From Eledone cirrhosa (Eukaryota), in NCBI GenBank assembly GCA_964016885.1, contig OZ024744.1, positions 11,656,001 through 11,720,000 on the forward strand: a stretch of DNA of 64,000 nt, written 5' to 3'. Position 1 is the first letter of the stretch; the number at the start of each line of letters is the position of its first letter. The notes beneath the pieces are model-generated. The model was not told the origin of the DNA. It saw nothing but the letters and a program-made list of their open reading frames with translations, and did no database searches. This document shows, in pieces, positions 1 to 13,000 of this stretch. A program made the position numbers and the translations under genes.

Positions 1-2035
1 TACTCCAATATGTCGTGGTGTTGTACTCCAATATGTCATGTTGTTGTACTCCAATATTTCGTGTTGTTGTACTCCAATATGTCATAAGGGCTGTACTCCA
101 ATATGGTGTGTTGTTGAACTCCAATATGCTGTGTTGATGTACTCCAATAGGTTGTGTTGTTGTACTCCAATATGCTGTGTTGGCTGTGCTCCAATACGTT
201 GTGTTGTTGTACTCCAATATGTTGTGCTGCTGTACTCCAATATGTTGTGGTGTTGTACTCCAATATGTTGTGTTGTTGTACTCCAATATGTTGTGCTGTT
301 GTACTCCAATCTATATCGCTGGTGTACTCCAATATGTTGTGTTGTTGTACTCCAATATGTTGTGCTGTTGTACTCCAATATGTTGTGCTGTTGTACTCCA
401 ATATTTTGTGTTGTTATACTCCAATATATTGTGTTGTTATACTCCAATATGTTGTGTAGTTGTACTCCAAAATATTGTGTTGTTATACTCCAATATGTTG
501 TGTTGTTATACTCCAATATGTTGTGCTGTTATACTCCAATATGTTGTGTTGTTGTACTCCAATATGTTGTGCTGTTATACTCCAATATTTTGTGTTGTTA
601 TACTCCAATATGTGGTATTGTTGTACTCCAATATGTTGTGCTGTTGTACTCCAATATGTTGTGTTGTTATACTCCAATATGTTATGTTGTTGTACTCCAA
701 TGTGTCTTGTTGTTGTACTCCAATATGTTTTGATGTTGTACTCCAATATGTTGTGTTGTTGTACTCCAATATGTTTTGATGTTGTACTCCAATATGTTGT
801 GTTGTTGTACTCCAATATGTTGTGTAGTCGTATTCCAATATGTTGTGTTGTTGTACTCTAACATGTTTTGTTGTTATTCTCCAATATGTTGTGATGTTGT
901 ACTCCAATGTGTTGTGTTGTTGTACTCCAATGTGATGTGTTGTTGTACTCCAATATGTTGTGCTGTTGTACTCCAATATTTTTTGTTTTTTGTACTCCAA
1001 TATGTTGTGTTGTTATACTCCAATATGTTGTGTTGTTATACTCCAATATGGTGTGTTGTTGTACTCCAATATGTTGTGTTGTTTTCTCCAATATGTCATG
1101 TTATACTCCAATATGGTGTGTTCGTGTACTCCAATATGTTGTGTTATTATACTCCAATATGTTGCGTTGTTGTACTCCAATATGTTGTGTTGTTATACTC
1201 CAATATGTCGTGTGGCTGTACTCCAATATGTCATGTTGTTGTACTCCAATATGTATTGTTATAGTCCAATATGTCGTGTTGTTGTACTCCAATATATCAT
1301 GTAGTTGTACTCCAATATTTCGTGTTGTTGTACCCCAATATGTAGTGGTGTTTATACTCCAATATATTTTGCTGTTGTACTCCAATATGTTGTGTTGCTG
1401 TACTCCTATATGTTGTGTTGTTATTCTCCAATATGTTGTGCTGTTGTACTCCAATGTGTTGTGTTGTTATACTCCAATGTGTTGTGTTGTTATACTCCAA
1501 TATGTTGTGTTGTTGTAGTCCAATATGTTGTGTTGTCGTACTCCAATATGTTGTGTTGTTATACTCCAATATTTCGTGTGGTTGTACTCCAGTATGTCAT
1601 GGTGTTGTACTTCAATATGTCGTGTTGTTGTACTCCAATATGTTGTCTTGTTGTACGCCAATCTGTTGTATTGTTGTACTTCAATATGTTCTGTTGTTGT
1701 ACTCCAATATATTGTGTTGTTGTACTCCAATATGTTGTGTTGTTGTACTCCAATATGCTGTGTTGTTGTACTCCAATATGTTGTGTTGTTGTACTCCAAT
1801 ATGTTGTGTTGTTGTACTCCAATATGTTGTGTTCTTATACTCCAATATGTTGTGTTGTTATACTCCAATATGTTGTGTTGTTGTACTCCAATATGTTGTG
1901 CTGTTGTACTCCAATATGATGTGCTGTTATACTCCAATATGTTGTGTTGTTGTACTCCAATGTGTTGTGTTGTTGTACTCCAATATGTTGTGCCGTTGTA
2001 CTCCAATATTTTTTTGTTTTTGTACTCCAAAATGT

Positions 2036-5000
2036 TGTGTTGTTATACTCCAATATGTTGTGTTGGTGTACTCCAATATGGTGTGCTGTTGTACTCCAAA
2101 TCTCGTGTTGTTATACTCCAATGTGTTGTGTTGTTATACTCCAATATGGTGTGTTGTTGAACTCCAATATGTTGTATTGTTTTTCTCCAATATGTCATGT
2201 TATACTCCAATATGTCGTGTTGCTGTACTCCAATATGTCATGCTGTTGTACTCCAATATGTTTTGCTGTTGTACTCCACCGTGTTGTGTTGTTGAACTCC
2301 AATACGTTGTGTTGTTGTTCTCCAATATTTTGTGCTGTTGTACTCCAATTTGTGTTGTTGTACTCCAATATGTTGTGTTGTTGTACTCCAATATGTTGTG
2401 TTGTTGTACTCCAATATGTTGTGTTGTTATACTCCAATATGTTGTGCTGTTGTACTCCAATATTTCGTGTTGTTGTACTCCAATACGTCGTGTTGTTGTA
2501 CTCCAATATGTTTTGATGTTGTACTCAAATATGTTGTGTTGTTGTACTCCAATATGTTTTGATGTTGTACTCCAATATGTTGTGTTGTTGTACTCCAATA
2601 TGTTGTGTAGTCTTACTCCAATATGTTGTGTTGTTGTACTCCAATATGCTGTGATGTTGTACTCCAATATGATGTGATGTTGTACTCCAATGCGTTGTGT
2701 TGTTGTACTCCAATGTGATGTGTTGTAGTACTCCAATATGTTGTGCCATTGTACACCAATATTTTTTATATTTGTACTCCAATATGTTGTGTTGTTATAC
2801 TCCAATATGTTGTGCTGTTGTACTCCAAATCTCGTGTTGTTATACTCCAATGTGTTGTGTTGTTATACTCCAATATGGTGTGTTGTTGTAGTCCAATATG
2901 TTGTATTGTTTTTTTCCAATATGTCATGTTATACTCCAATATGTTGTGTTCGTGTACTCCAATATGTTGTGTTATTGTACTCCAATATGTTGCGTTGTTG
3001 TACTCCAATATGTTGTGTTGTTATACTCCAATATGTTGTGTTGTTGTACTGCAATATGTTGTCTTGTTGTACTCCAAAAGGCCATGTTATCGTACTCCAA
3101 TATGTCTTGTTATACTCCAATATGTCGTGTGGCTGTACTCCAATATGTCATGTTGTTGTACTCCAATATGTCTTGTTGTAGTCCAATATGTCGTGTTGTT
3201 GTACTCCAATATGTCATGTAGTTGTATTCCAATATTTCGTGTTGTTGTACCCCAATATGTCGTGTTGTTTATACTCCAATATGTTTTGCTGTTGTACTCC
3301 AATATGTTGTGTTGCTGTATTCCAATATGTTGTGTTGTTATTCTCCAATATGTTGTGCTGTTGTACTCCAATGTGTTATGTTGTTATACTCCAATATGTT
3401 GTGCTGTGCTACTCCAATATATTGTGTTGTTGTACTCCAATGTGTTGTGTTGTTATACTCCAATATGTTGTGTTGATTTACTCCAATATGTTGTGTTGTT
3501 GTACTCCAATCTGTTGTGTTGTTATACTCCAATATGTTGTGTTGTTATACTCCAATATGTTGTATTGTTTTACTCCAATATGTTGTGTTGTTGTACTCCA
3601 ATATGTTGTGTTGTTGTACTCCAATATGTTGTGTTGTTGTAATCCAATATCTTGTGTTGTTATACTCCAATATGTTGTGTTGTTGTACTCCAATATGTTG
3701 TGTTGTTATACTCCAATATGTTGTGTTGTGATACTCCAATATGTTGTGCTGTTGTACTCCAATATGTTGTGTTGTTATACTCCAATATGTTGTGTTGTTT
3801 TACTCCAATATGTTGTGTTGTTGTACTCCAATATGTTGTATTGTTGTTCTCCAATATGTCATGTTATACTCCAATAAGTTGTGTTCTTGTACTCCAATAT
3901 GTTGTGTTGTTGTACTCCAATATATCATGTTGTCGTACTCCAATATGTCATGTTATACTCCAATATGTCGTTGTTATACTCCAATATGTCATGTTGTTGT
4001 ACTCCAATATGTCGTATTGTTATACTCCAATATGTTTTGATGTTGTACTCCAATATGTTGTGTAGTCGTACTCCAATATGTTGTATTGTTATACTCCATT
4101 ATGTTGTGCTGTTGTACTCCAATATGTTCTGTTGTTGTACTCCAATATATTGTGTTGTTGTACTCCAATATGTCGTGTTGTTGTACTCCAATATGTCGTG
4201 TTGTTGTACTCCAATATGTTGTGTTGTTGTACTCCAATATGTTGTGTTGTTGTACTCCAATATGTTGTATTGTTATACTCCAATATGTTATGTTGTTGTA
4301 CTCCAATATGTCATGTTGTTGTACTCCAATATGTTTTGATGTTGTACTCCAATATGTTGTGTTGTTGTACTCCAATATGTTTTGATGTTGTACTCCAATA
4401 TGTTGTGTTGTTGTACTCCAATATGCTGTGTAGTCGTACTCCAATATGTTGTGTTGTTGTACTCCAATATGCTGTGATGTTGTACTCCAATATGATGTGC
4501 TGTTGTACTCCAATGCGTTGTGTTGTTGTACTCCAATATGCTGTGTTGTTATACTCCAATATGTTGTGTTGGTGTACTCCAATATGGTGTGCTGTTGTAC
4601 TCCAAATCTCGTGTTGTTATACTCCAATGTGTTGTGTTGTTATACTCCAATATGGTGTGTTGTTGAACTCCAATATGTTGTATTGTTTTTCTCCAATATG
4701 TCATGTTATACTCCAATATGTCGTGTTGCTGTACTCCAATATGTCATGCTGTTGTACTCCAATATGTTTTGCTGTTGTACTCCACCGTGTTGTGTTGTTG
4801 AACTCCAATACGTTGTGTTGTTGTTCTCCAATATTTTGTGCTGTTGTACTCCAATTTGTGTTGTTGTACTCCAATATGTTGTGTTGTTGTACTCCAATAT
4901 GTTGTGTTGTTGTACTCCAATATGTTGTGTTGTTATACTCCAATATGTTGTGCTGTTGTACTCCAATATTTCGTGTTGTTGTACTCCAATACGTCGTGTT

Positions 5001-7076
5001 GTTGTACTCCAATATGTTTTGATGTTGTACTCAAATATGTTGTGTTGTTGTACTCCAATATGTTTTGATGTTGTACTCCAATATGTTGTGTTGTTGTACT
5101 CCAATATGTTGTGTAGTCTTACTCCAATATGTTGTGTTGTTGTACTCCAATATGCTGTGATGTTGTACTCCAATATGATGTGATGTTGTACTCCAATGCG
5201 TTGTGTTGTTGTACTCCAATGTGATGTGTTGTTGTACTCCAATATGTTGTGCCATTGTACTCCAATATTTTTTATATTTGTACTCCAATATGTTGTGTTG
5301 TTATACTCCAATATGTTGTGCTGTTGTACTCCAAATCTCGTGTTGTTATACTCCAATGTGTTGTGTTGTTATACTCCAATATGGTGTGTTGTTGTAGTCC
5401 AATATGTTGTATTGTTTTTTTCCAATATGTCATGTTATACTCCAATATGTTGTGTTCGTGTACTCCAATATGTTGTGTTATTGTACTCCAATATGTTGCG
5501 TTGTTGTACTCCAATATGTTGTGTTGTTATACTCCAATATGTTGTGTTGTTGTACTGCAATATGTTGTCTTGTTGTACTCCAAAAGGCCATGTTATCGTA
5601 CTCCAATATGTCTTGTTATACTCCAATATGTCGTGTGGCTGTACTCCAATATGTCATGTTGTTGTACTCCAATATGTCTTGTTATAGTCCAATATGTCGT
5701 GTTGTTGTACTCCAATATGTCATGTAGTTGTATTCCAATATTTCGTGTTGTTGTACCCCAATATGTCGTGTTGTTTATACTCCAATATGTTTTGCTGTTG
5801 TACTCCAATATGTTGTGTTGCTGTATTCCAATATGTTGTGTTGTTATTCTCCAATATGTTGTGCTGTTGTACTCCAATGTGTTATGTTGTTATACTCCAA
5901 TATGTTGTGCTGTGCTACTCCAATATATTGTGTTGTTGTACTCCAATGTGTTGTGTTGTTATACTCCAATATGTTGTGTTGATTTACTCCAATATGTTGT
6001 GTTGTTGTACTCCAATCTGTTGTGTTGTTATACTCCAATATGTTGTGTTGTTATACTCCAATATGTTGTATTGTTTTACTCCAATATGTTGTGTTGTTGT
6101 ACTCCAATATGTTGTGTTGTTGTACTCCAATATGTTGTGTTGTTGTAATCCAATATCTTGTGTTGTTATACTCCAATATGTTGTGTTGTTGTACTCCAAT
6201 ATGTTGTGTTGTTATACTCCAATATGTTGTGTTGTGATACTCCAATATGTTGTGCTGTTGTACTCCAATATGTTGTGTTGTTATACTCCAATATGTTGTG
6301 TTGTTTTACTCCAATATGTTGTGTTGTTGTACTCCAATATGTTGTATTGTTGTTCTCCAATATGTCATGTTATACTCCAATAAGTTGTGTTCTTGTACTC
6401 CAATATGTTGTGTTGTTGTACTCCAATATATCATGTTGTCGTACTCCAATATGTCATGTTATACTCCAATATGTCGTTGTTATACTCCAATATGTCATGT
6501 TGTTGTACTCCAATATGTCGTATTGTTATACTCCAATATGTTTTGATGTTGTACTCCAATATGTTGTGTAGTCGTACTCCAATATGTTGTATTGTTATAC
6601 TCCATTATGTTGTGCTGTTGTACTCCAATATGTTCTGTTGTTGTACTCCAATATATTGTGTTGTTGTACTCCAATATGTCGTGTTGTTGTACTCCAATAT
6701 GTCGTGTTGTTGTACTCCAATATGTTGTGTTGTTGTACTCCAATATGTTGTGTTGTTGTACTCCAATATGTTGTATTGTTATACTCCAATATGTTATGTT
6801 GTTGTACTCCAATATGTCATGTTGTTGTACTCCAATATGTTTTGATGTTGTACTCCAATATGTTGTGTTGTTGTACTCCAATATGTTTTGATGTTGTACT
6901 CCAATATGTTGTGTTGTTGTACTCCAATATGCTGTGTAGTCGTACTCCAATATGTTGTGTTATTGTACTCCAATATGCTGTGATGTTGTACTCCAATATG
7001 ATGTGCTGTTGTACTCCAATGCGTTGTGTTGTTGTACTCCAATATGCTGTGTTGTTATACTCCAATATGTTGTGTT
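2036..7076 (+). repeat. Tandem duplication of HOR unit A (2506 bp, ~110 monomers)
   Basis: The rare marker CAAAAGGCCA occurs at 3075 and 5581. Near-identical ORF translations are offset by 2506 (2195/4701, 2743/5249, 3881/6387). Confidence 0.93.
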
Positions 7077-10000
7077 GTTGTACTCCAATATGTTGTGTTG
7101 TTGTACTCCAATATGTTGTGTTGTTGTAATCCAATATCTTGTGTTGTTATACTCCAATATGTTGTGCTGTTGTACTCCAATATGTTGAGTTGTTATACTC
7201 CAATATGTAGTGTTGTTATACTCCAATATGTTGTGTTGTTGTACTCCAATCTGTTGCGTTATACTCCAATATGTTGTGTTGTTATACTCCAATATGTTGT
7301 GTTGTTATACTCCAATATGTTGTGTTGTTTTACTCCAATATGTTGTATTGTTGATCTCCAATATGTCATATTATACTCCAATAAGTTGTGTTCTTGTACT
7401 CCAATATGTGTTGTTGTTGTACTCCAATATGTTGCGTTGTTGTACTCCAATATATCATGTTGTCGTACTCCAATATGTCATGTTATACTCCAATATGTTT
7501 TGATGCTGTACTCCAATATGTTGTGTTGTTGTACTACAATATGTTGTGTTGTTGTACTCCAATATGTTGTGTTGTTATACTCCAATATGGTGTGCTGTTG
7601 TACTCCAATATGTTGTGTTGTTATACTCCAATATGTAGTGTTGTTATACTCCAATATGTTGTGTTGTTGTACTCCAATCTGTTGTGTTGTTATACTCCAA
7701 TATATTGTGTTGTTATACTCCAATATGTTGTGTTGTTTTACTCCAATATGTTGTGTTGTTGTACTCCAATATGTTGTGTTCTTGTACTCCAATATGTCGT
7801 GTTGTCGTACTCCAATATGTTGTGTTGTTGTACTCCAATATGTTGTGCTGTTGTACTCCAATATGTTGTGTTGTTGTACTCCAATATGTTGTGTTGTTAT
7901 ACTCCAATATGTTGTGCTGTTGTACTCCAATATTTCGTGTTGTTGTACTCCAATACGTCGTGTTGTACTCCAATATGTTGTGTTGTTATACTCCAATATG
8001 TTATGTTGTTGTACTCCAATGTGTCTTGTTGTTGTACTCCAATATGTTTTGATGTTGTACTCCAATATGTTTTGTTGTTATTCTCCAATATGTTGTGATG
8101 TTGTACTATAATGTGTTGTGTTGTTGTACTCCAATGTGATGTGTTGTTGTACTCCAATATGTTGTGCTGTTGTACTCCAATATTTTTTGTTTTTTGTACT
8201 CCAATATGTTGTGTTGTTATACACCAATATGTTGTGTTGTTATACTCCAATATGGTGTGTTGTTGTACTCCAATATGTTGTATTGTTTTCTCCAATATGT
8301 CATGTTATACTCCAATATGGTGTGTTCGTGTACTCCAATATGTTGTGTTATTGTACTCCAATATGTTGCGTTGTTGTACTCCAATATGTTGTGTTGTTAT
8401 ACTCCAATATGTCGTGTGGCTGTACTCCAATATGTCATGTTGTTGTACTCCAATATGTCTTGTTATAGTCCAATATGTCGTGTTGTTGTACTCCAATATA
8501 TCATGTAGTTGTACTCCAATATTTCGTGTTGTTGTACCCCAATATGTAGTGTTGTTTATACTCCAATATGTTTTGCTGTTGTACTCCAATATGTTGTGTT
8601 GCTGTACTCCTATATGTTGTGTTGTTATTCTCCAATATGTTGTGCTGTTGTACTCCAATGTGTTGTGTTGTTATACTCCAATGTGTTGTGTTGTTATACT
8701 CCAATATGTTGTGTTGTTGTAGTCCAATATGTTGTGTTGTTATACTCCAATATTTCGTGTGGTTGTACTCCAATATGTCATGGTGTTGTACTTCAATATG
8801 TCGTGTTGTTGTACTCCAATATGTTGTCTTGTTGTACTCCAATCTGTTGTATTGTTGTACTTCAATATGTTCTGTTCATGTACTCCAATATATTGTGTTG
8901 TTGTACTCCAATATGTTGTGTTGTTGTACTCCAATATGATGTGTTGTTGTACTCCAATATGTTGTACTTTTGTACTCCAATATGTTTTGCTGTTGTACTC
9001 CACTGTGTTGTGTTGTTGAACTCCAATATGTTGTGTTGTTGTTCTCCAATATTTTGTGCTGTTGTACTCCAATATGTTGTGTTGTTGTACTCCAATATGT
9101 TTTGATGTTGTACTCCAATATGTTGTGTTGTTGTACTCCAATATGTTGTGTAGTCGTATTCCAATATGTTGTGTTGTTATACACCAATGTGGTGTGCTGT
9201 TGTAATCCAATATGTTATGTTGTACTCCAATATGTTGTGTTGTTATACTCCAATATGTAGTGTTGTTATACTCCAATATGTTGTGTTGTTGTACTCCAAT
9301 CTGTTGTGTTATACTCCAATATGTTGTGTTGTTATACTCCAATATGTTGTGTTGTTATACTCCAATATGGTGTGTTGTTGTACTCCAATATGTTGTATTG
9401 TTTTCTCCAATATGTCATGTTATACTCCAATATGGTGTGTTCGTGTACTCCAATATGTTGTGTTATTGTACTCCAATATGTTGCGTTGTTGTACTCCAAT
9501 ATGTTGTGTTGTTATACTCCAATATGTCGTGTGGCTGTACTCCAATATGTCATGTTGTTGTACTCCAATATGTCTTGTTATAGTCCAATATGTCGTGTTG
9601 TTGTACTCCAATATATCATGTAGTTGTACTCCAATATTTCGTGTTGTTGTACCCCAATATGTAGTGTTGTTTATACTCCAATATGTTTTGCTGTTGTACT
9701 CCAATATGTTGTGTTGCTGTACTCCTATATGTTGTGTTGTTATTCTCCAATATGTTGTGCTGTTGTACTCCAATGTGTTGTGTTGTTATACTCCAATGTG
9801 TTGTGTTGTTATACTCCAATATGTTGTGTTGTTGTAGTCCAATATGTTGTGTTGTCGTACTCCAATATGTTGTGTTGTTATACTCCAATATTTCGTGTGG
9901 TTGTACTCCAATATGTCATGGTGTTGTACTTCAATATGTCGTGTTGTTGTACTCCAATATGTTGTCTTGTTGTACTCCAATCTGTTGTATTGTTGTACTT

Positions 10001-13000
10001 CAATATGTTCTGTTGTTGTACTCCAATATATTGTGTTGTTGTACTCCAATATGTTGTGTTGTTGTACTCCAATATGCTGTGTTGTTGTACTCCAATATGT
10101 TGTGTTGTTGTACTCCAATATGTTGTGTTGTTGTACTCCAATATGATGTGCTGTTGTACTCCAATATGTTGTGTTGTTGTACTCCAATGCGTTGTGTTGT
10201 TGTACTCCAATATGTTGTGCCGTTGTACTCCAATATTTTTTTGTTTTTGTACTCCAAAATGTTTGTTGTTATACTCCAATATGTTGTGTTGGTGTACTCC
10301 AATATGGTGTGCTGTTGTACTCCAAATCTCGTGTTGTTATACTCCAATGTGTTGTGTTGTTATACTCCAATATGGTGTGTTGTTGAACTCCAATATGTTG
10401 TATTGTTTTTCTCCAATATGTCATGTTATACTCCAATATGTCGTGTTGCTGTACTCCAATATGTCATGCTGTTGTACTCCAATATGTTTTGCTGTTGTAC
10501 TCCACCGTGTTGTGTTGTTGAACTCCAATACGTTGTGTTGTTGTTCTCCAATATTTTGTGCTGTTGTACTCCAATTTGTGTTGTTGTACTCCAATATGTT
10601 GTGTTGTTGTACTCCAATATGTTGTGTTGTTGTACTCCAATATGTTGTGTTGTTATACTCCAATATGTTGTGCTGTTGTACCCCAATATTTCGTGTTGTT
10701 GTACTCCAATACGTCGTGTTGTTGTACTCCAATACGTCGTGTTGTTGTACTCCAATATGTTTTGATGTTGTACTCAAATATGTTGTGTTGTTGTACTCCA
10801 ATATGTTTTGATGTTGTACTCCAATATGTTGTGTTGTTGTACTCCAATATGTTGTGTAGTCTTACTCCAATATGTTGTGTTGTTGTACTCCAATATGCTG
10901 TGATGTTGTACTCCAATATGATGTGATGTTGTACTCCAATGCGTTGTGTTGTTGTACTCCAATGTGATGTGTTGTTGTACTCCAATATGTTGTGCCATTG
11001 TACTCCAATATTTTTTATATTTGTACTCCAATATGTTGTGTTGTTATACTCCAATATGTTGTGCTGTTGTACTCCAAATCTCGTGTTGTTATACTCCAAT
11101 GTGTTGTGTTGTTATACTCCAATATGGTGTGTTGTTGTAGTCCAATATGTTGTATTGTTTTTTTCCAATATGTCATGTTATACTCCAATATGTTGTGTTC
11201 GTGTACTCCAATATGTTGTGTTATTGTACTCCAATATGTTGCGTTGTTGTACTCCAATATGTTGTGTTGTTATACTCCAATATGTTGTGTTGTTGTACTG
11301 CAATATGTTGTCTTGTTGTACTCCAAAAGGCCATGTTATCGTACTCCAATATGTCTTGTTATACTCCAATATGTCGTGTGGCTGTACTCCAATATGTCAT
11401 GTTGTTGTACTCCAATATGTCTTGTTATAGTCCAATATGTCGTGTTGTTGTACTCCAATATGTCATGTAGTTGTATTCCAATATTTCGTGTTGTTGTACC
11501 CCAATATGTCGTGTTGTTTATACTCCAATATGTTTTGCTGTTGTACTCCAATATGTTGTGTTGCTGTATTCCAATATGTTGTGTTGTTATTCTCCAATAT
11601 GTTGTGCTGTTGTACTCCAATGTGTTATGTTGTTATACTCCAATATGTTTTGCTGTGCTACTCCAATATATTGTGTTGTTGTACTCCAATGTGTTGTGTT
11701 GTTATACTCCAATATGTTGTGTTGATTTACTCCAATATGTTGTGTTGTTGTACTCCAATCTGTTGTGTTGTTATACTCCAATATGTTGTGTTGTTATACT
11801 CCAATATGTTGTATTGTTTTACTCCAATATGTTGTGTTGTTGTACTCCAATATGTTGTGTTGTTGTACTCCAATATGTTGTGTTGTTGTAATCCAATATC
11901 TTGTGTTGTTATACTCCAATATGTTGTGTTGTTGTACTCCAATATGTTGTGTTGTTATACTCCAATATGTTGTGTTGTGATACTCCAATATGTTGTGCTG
12001 TTGTACTCCAATATGTTGTGTTGTTATACTCCAATATGTTGTGTTGTTTTACTCCAATATGTTGTGTTGTTGTACTCCAATATGTTGTATTGTTGTTCTC
12101 CAATATGTCATGTTATACTCCAATAAGTTGTGTTCTTGTACTCCAATATGTTGTGTTGTTGTACTCCAATATATCATGTTGTCGTACTCCAATATGTCAT
12201 GTTATACTCCAATATGTCGTTGTTATACTCCAATATGTCATGTTGTTGTACTCCAATATGTCGTATTGTTATACTCCAATATGTTTTGATGTTGTACTCC
12301 AATATGTTGTGTAGTCGTACTCCAATATGTTGTATTGTTATACTCCATTATGTTGTGCTGTTGTACTCCAATATGTTCTGTTGTTGTACTCCAATATATT
12401 GTGTTGTTGTACTCCAATATGTCGTGTTGTTGTACTCCAATATGTCGTGTTGTTGTACTCCAATATGTTGTGTTGTTGTACTCCAATATGTTGTGTTGTT
12501 GTACTCCAATATGTTGTATTGTTATACTCCAATATGTTATGTTGTTGTACTCCAATATGTCATGTTGTTGTACTCCAATATGTTTTGATGTTGTACTCCA
12601 ATATGTTGTGTTGTTGTACTCCAATATGTTTTGATGTTGTACTCCAATATGTTGTGTTGTTGTACTCCAATATGCTGTGTAGTCGTACTCCAATATGTTG
12701 TGTTATTGTACTCCAATATGCTGTGATGTTGTACTCCAATATGATGTGCTGTTGTACTCCAATGCGTTGTGTTGTTGTACTCCAATATGCTGTGTTGTTA
12801 TACTCCAATATGTTGTGTTGTTGTACTCCAATATGTTGTGTTGTTGTACTCCAATATGTTGTGTTGTTGTAATCCAATATCTTGTGTTGTTATACTCCAA
12901 TATGTTGTGCTGTTGTACTCCAATATGTTGAGTTGTTATACTCCAATATGTAGTGTTGTTATACTCCAATATGTTGTGTTGTTGTACTCCAATCTGTTGC

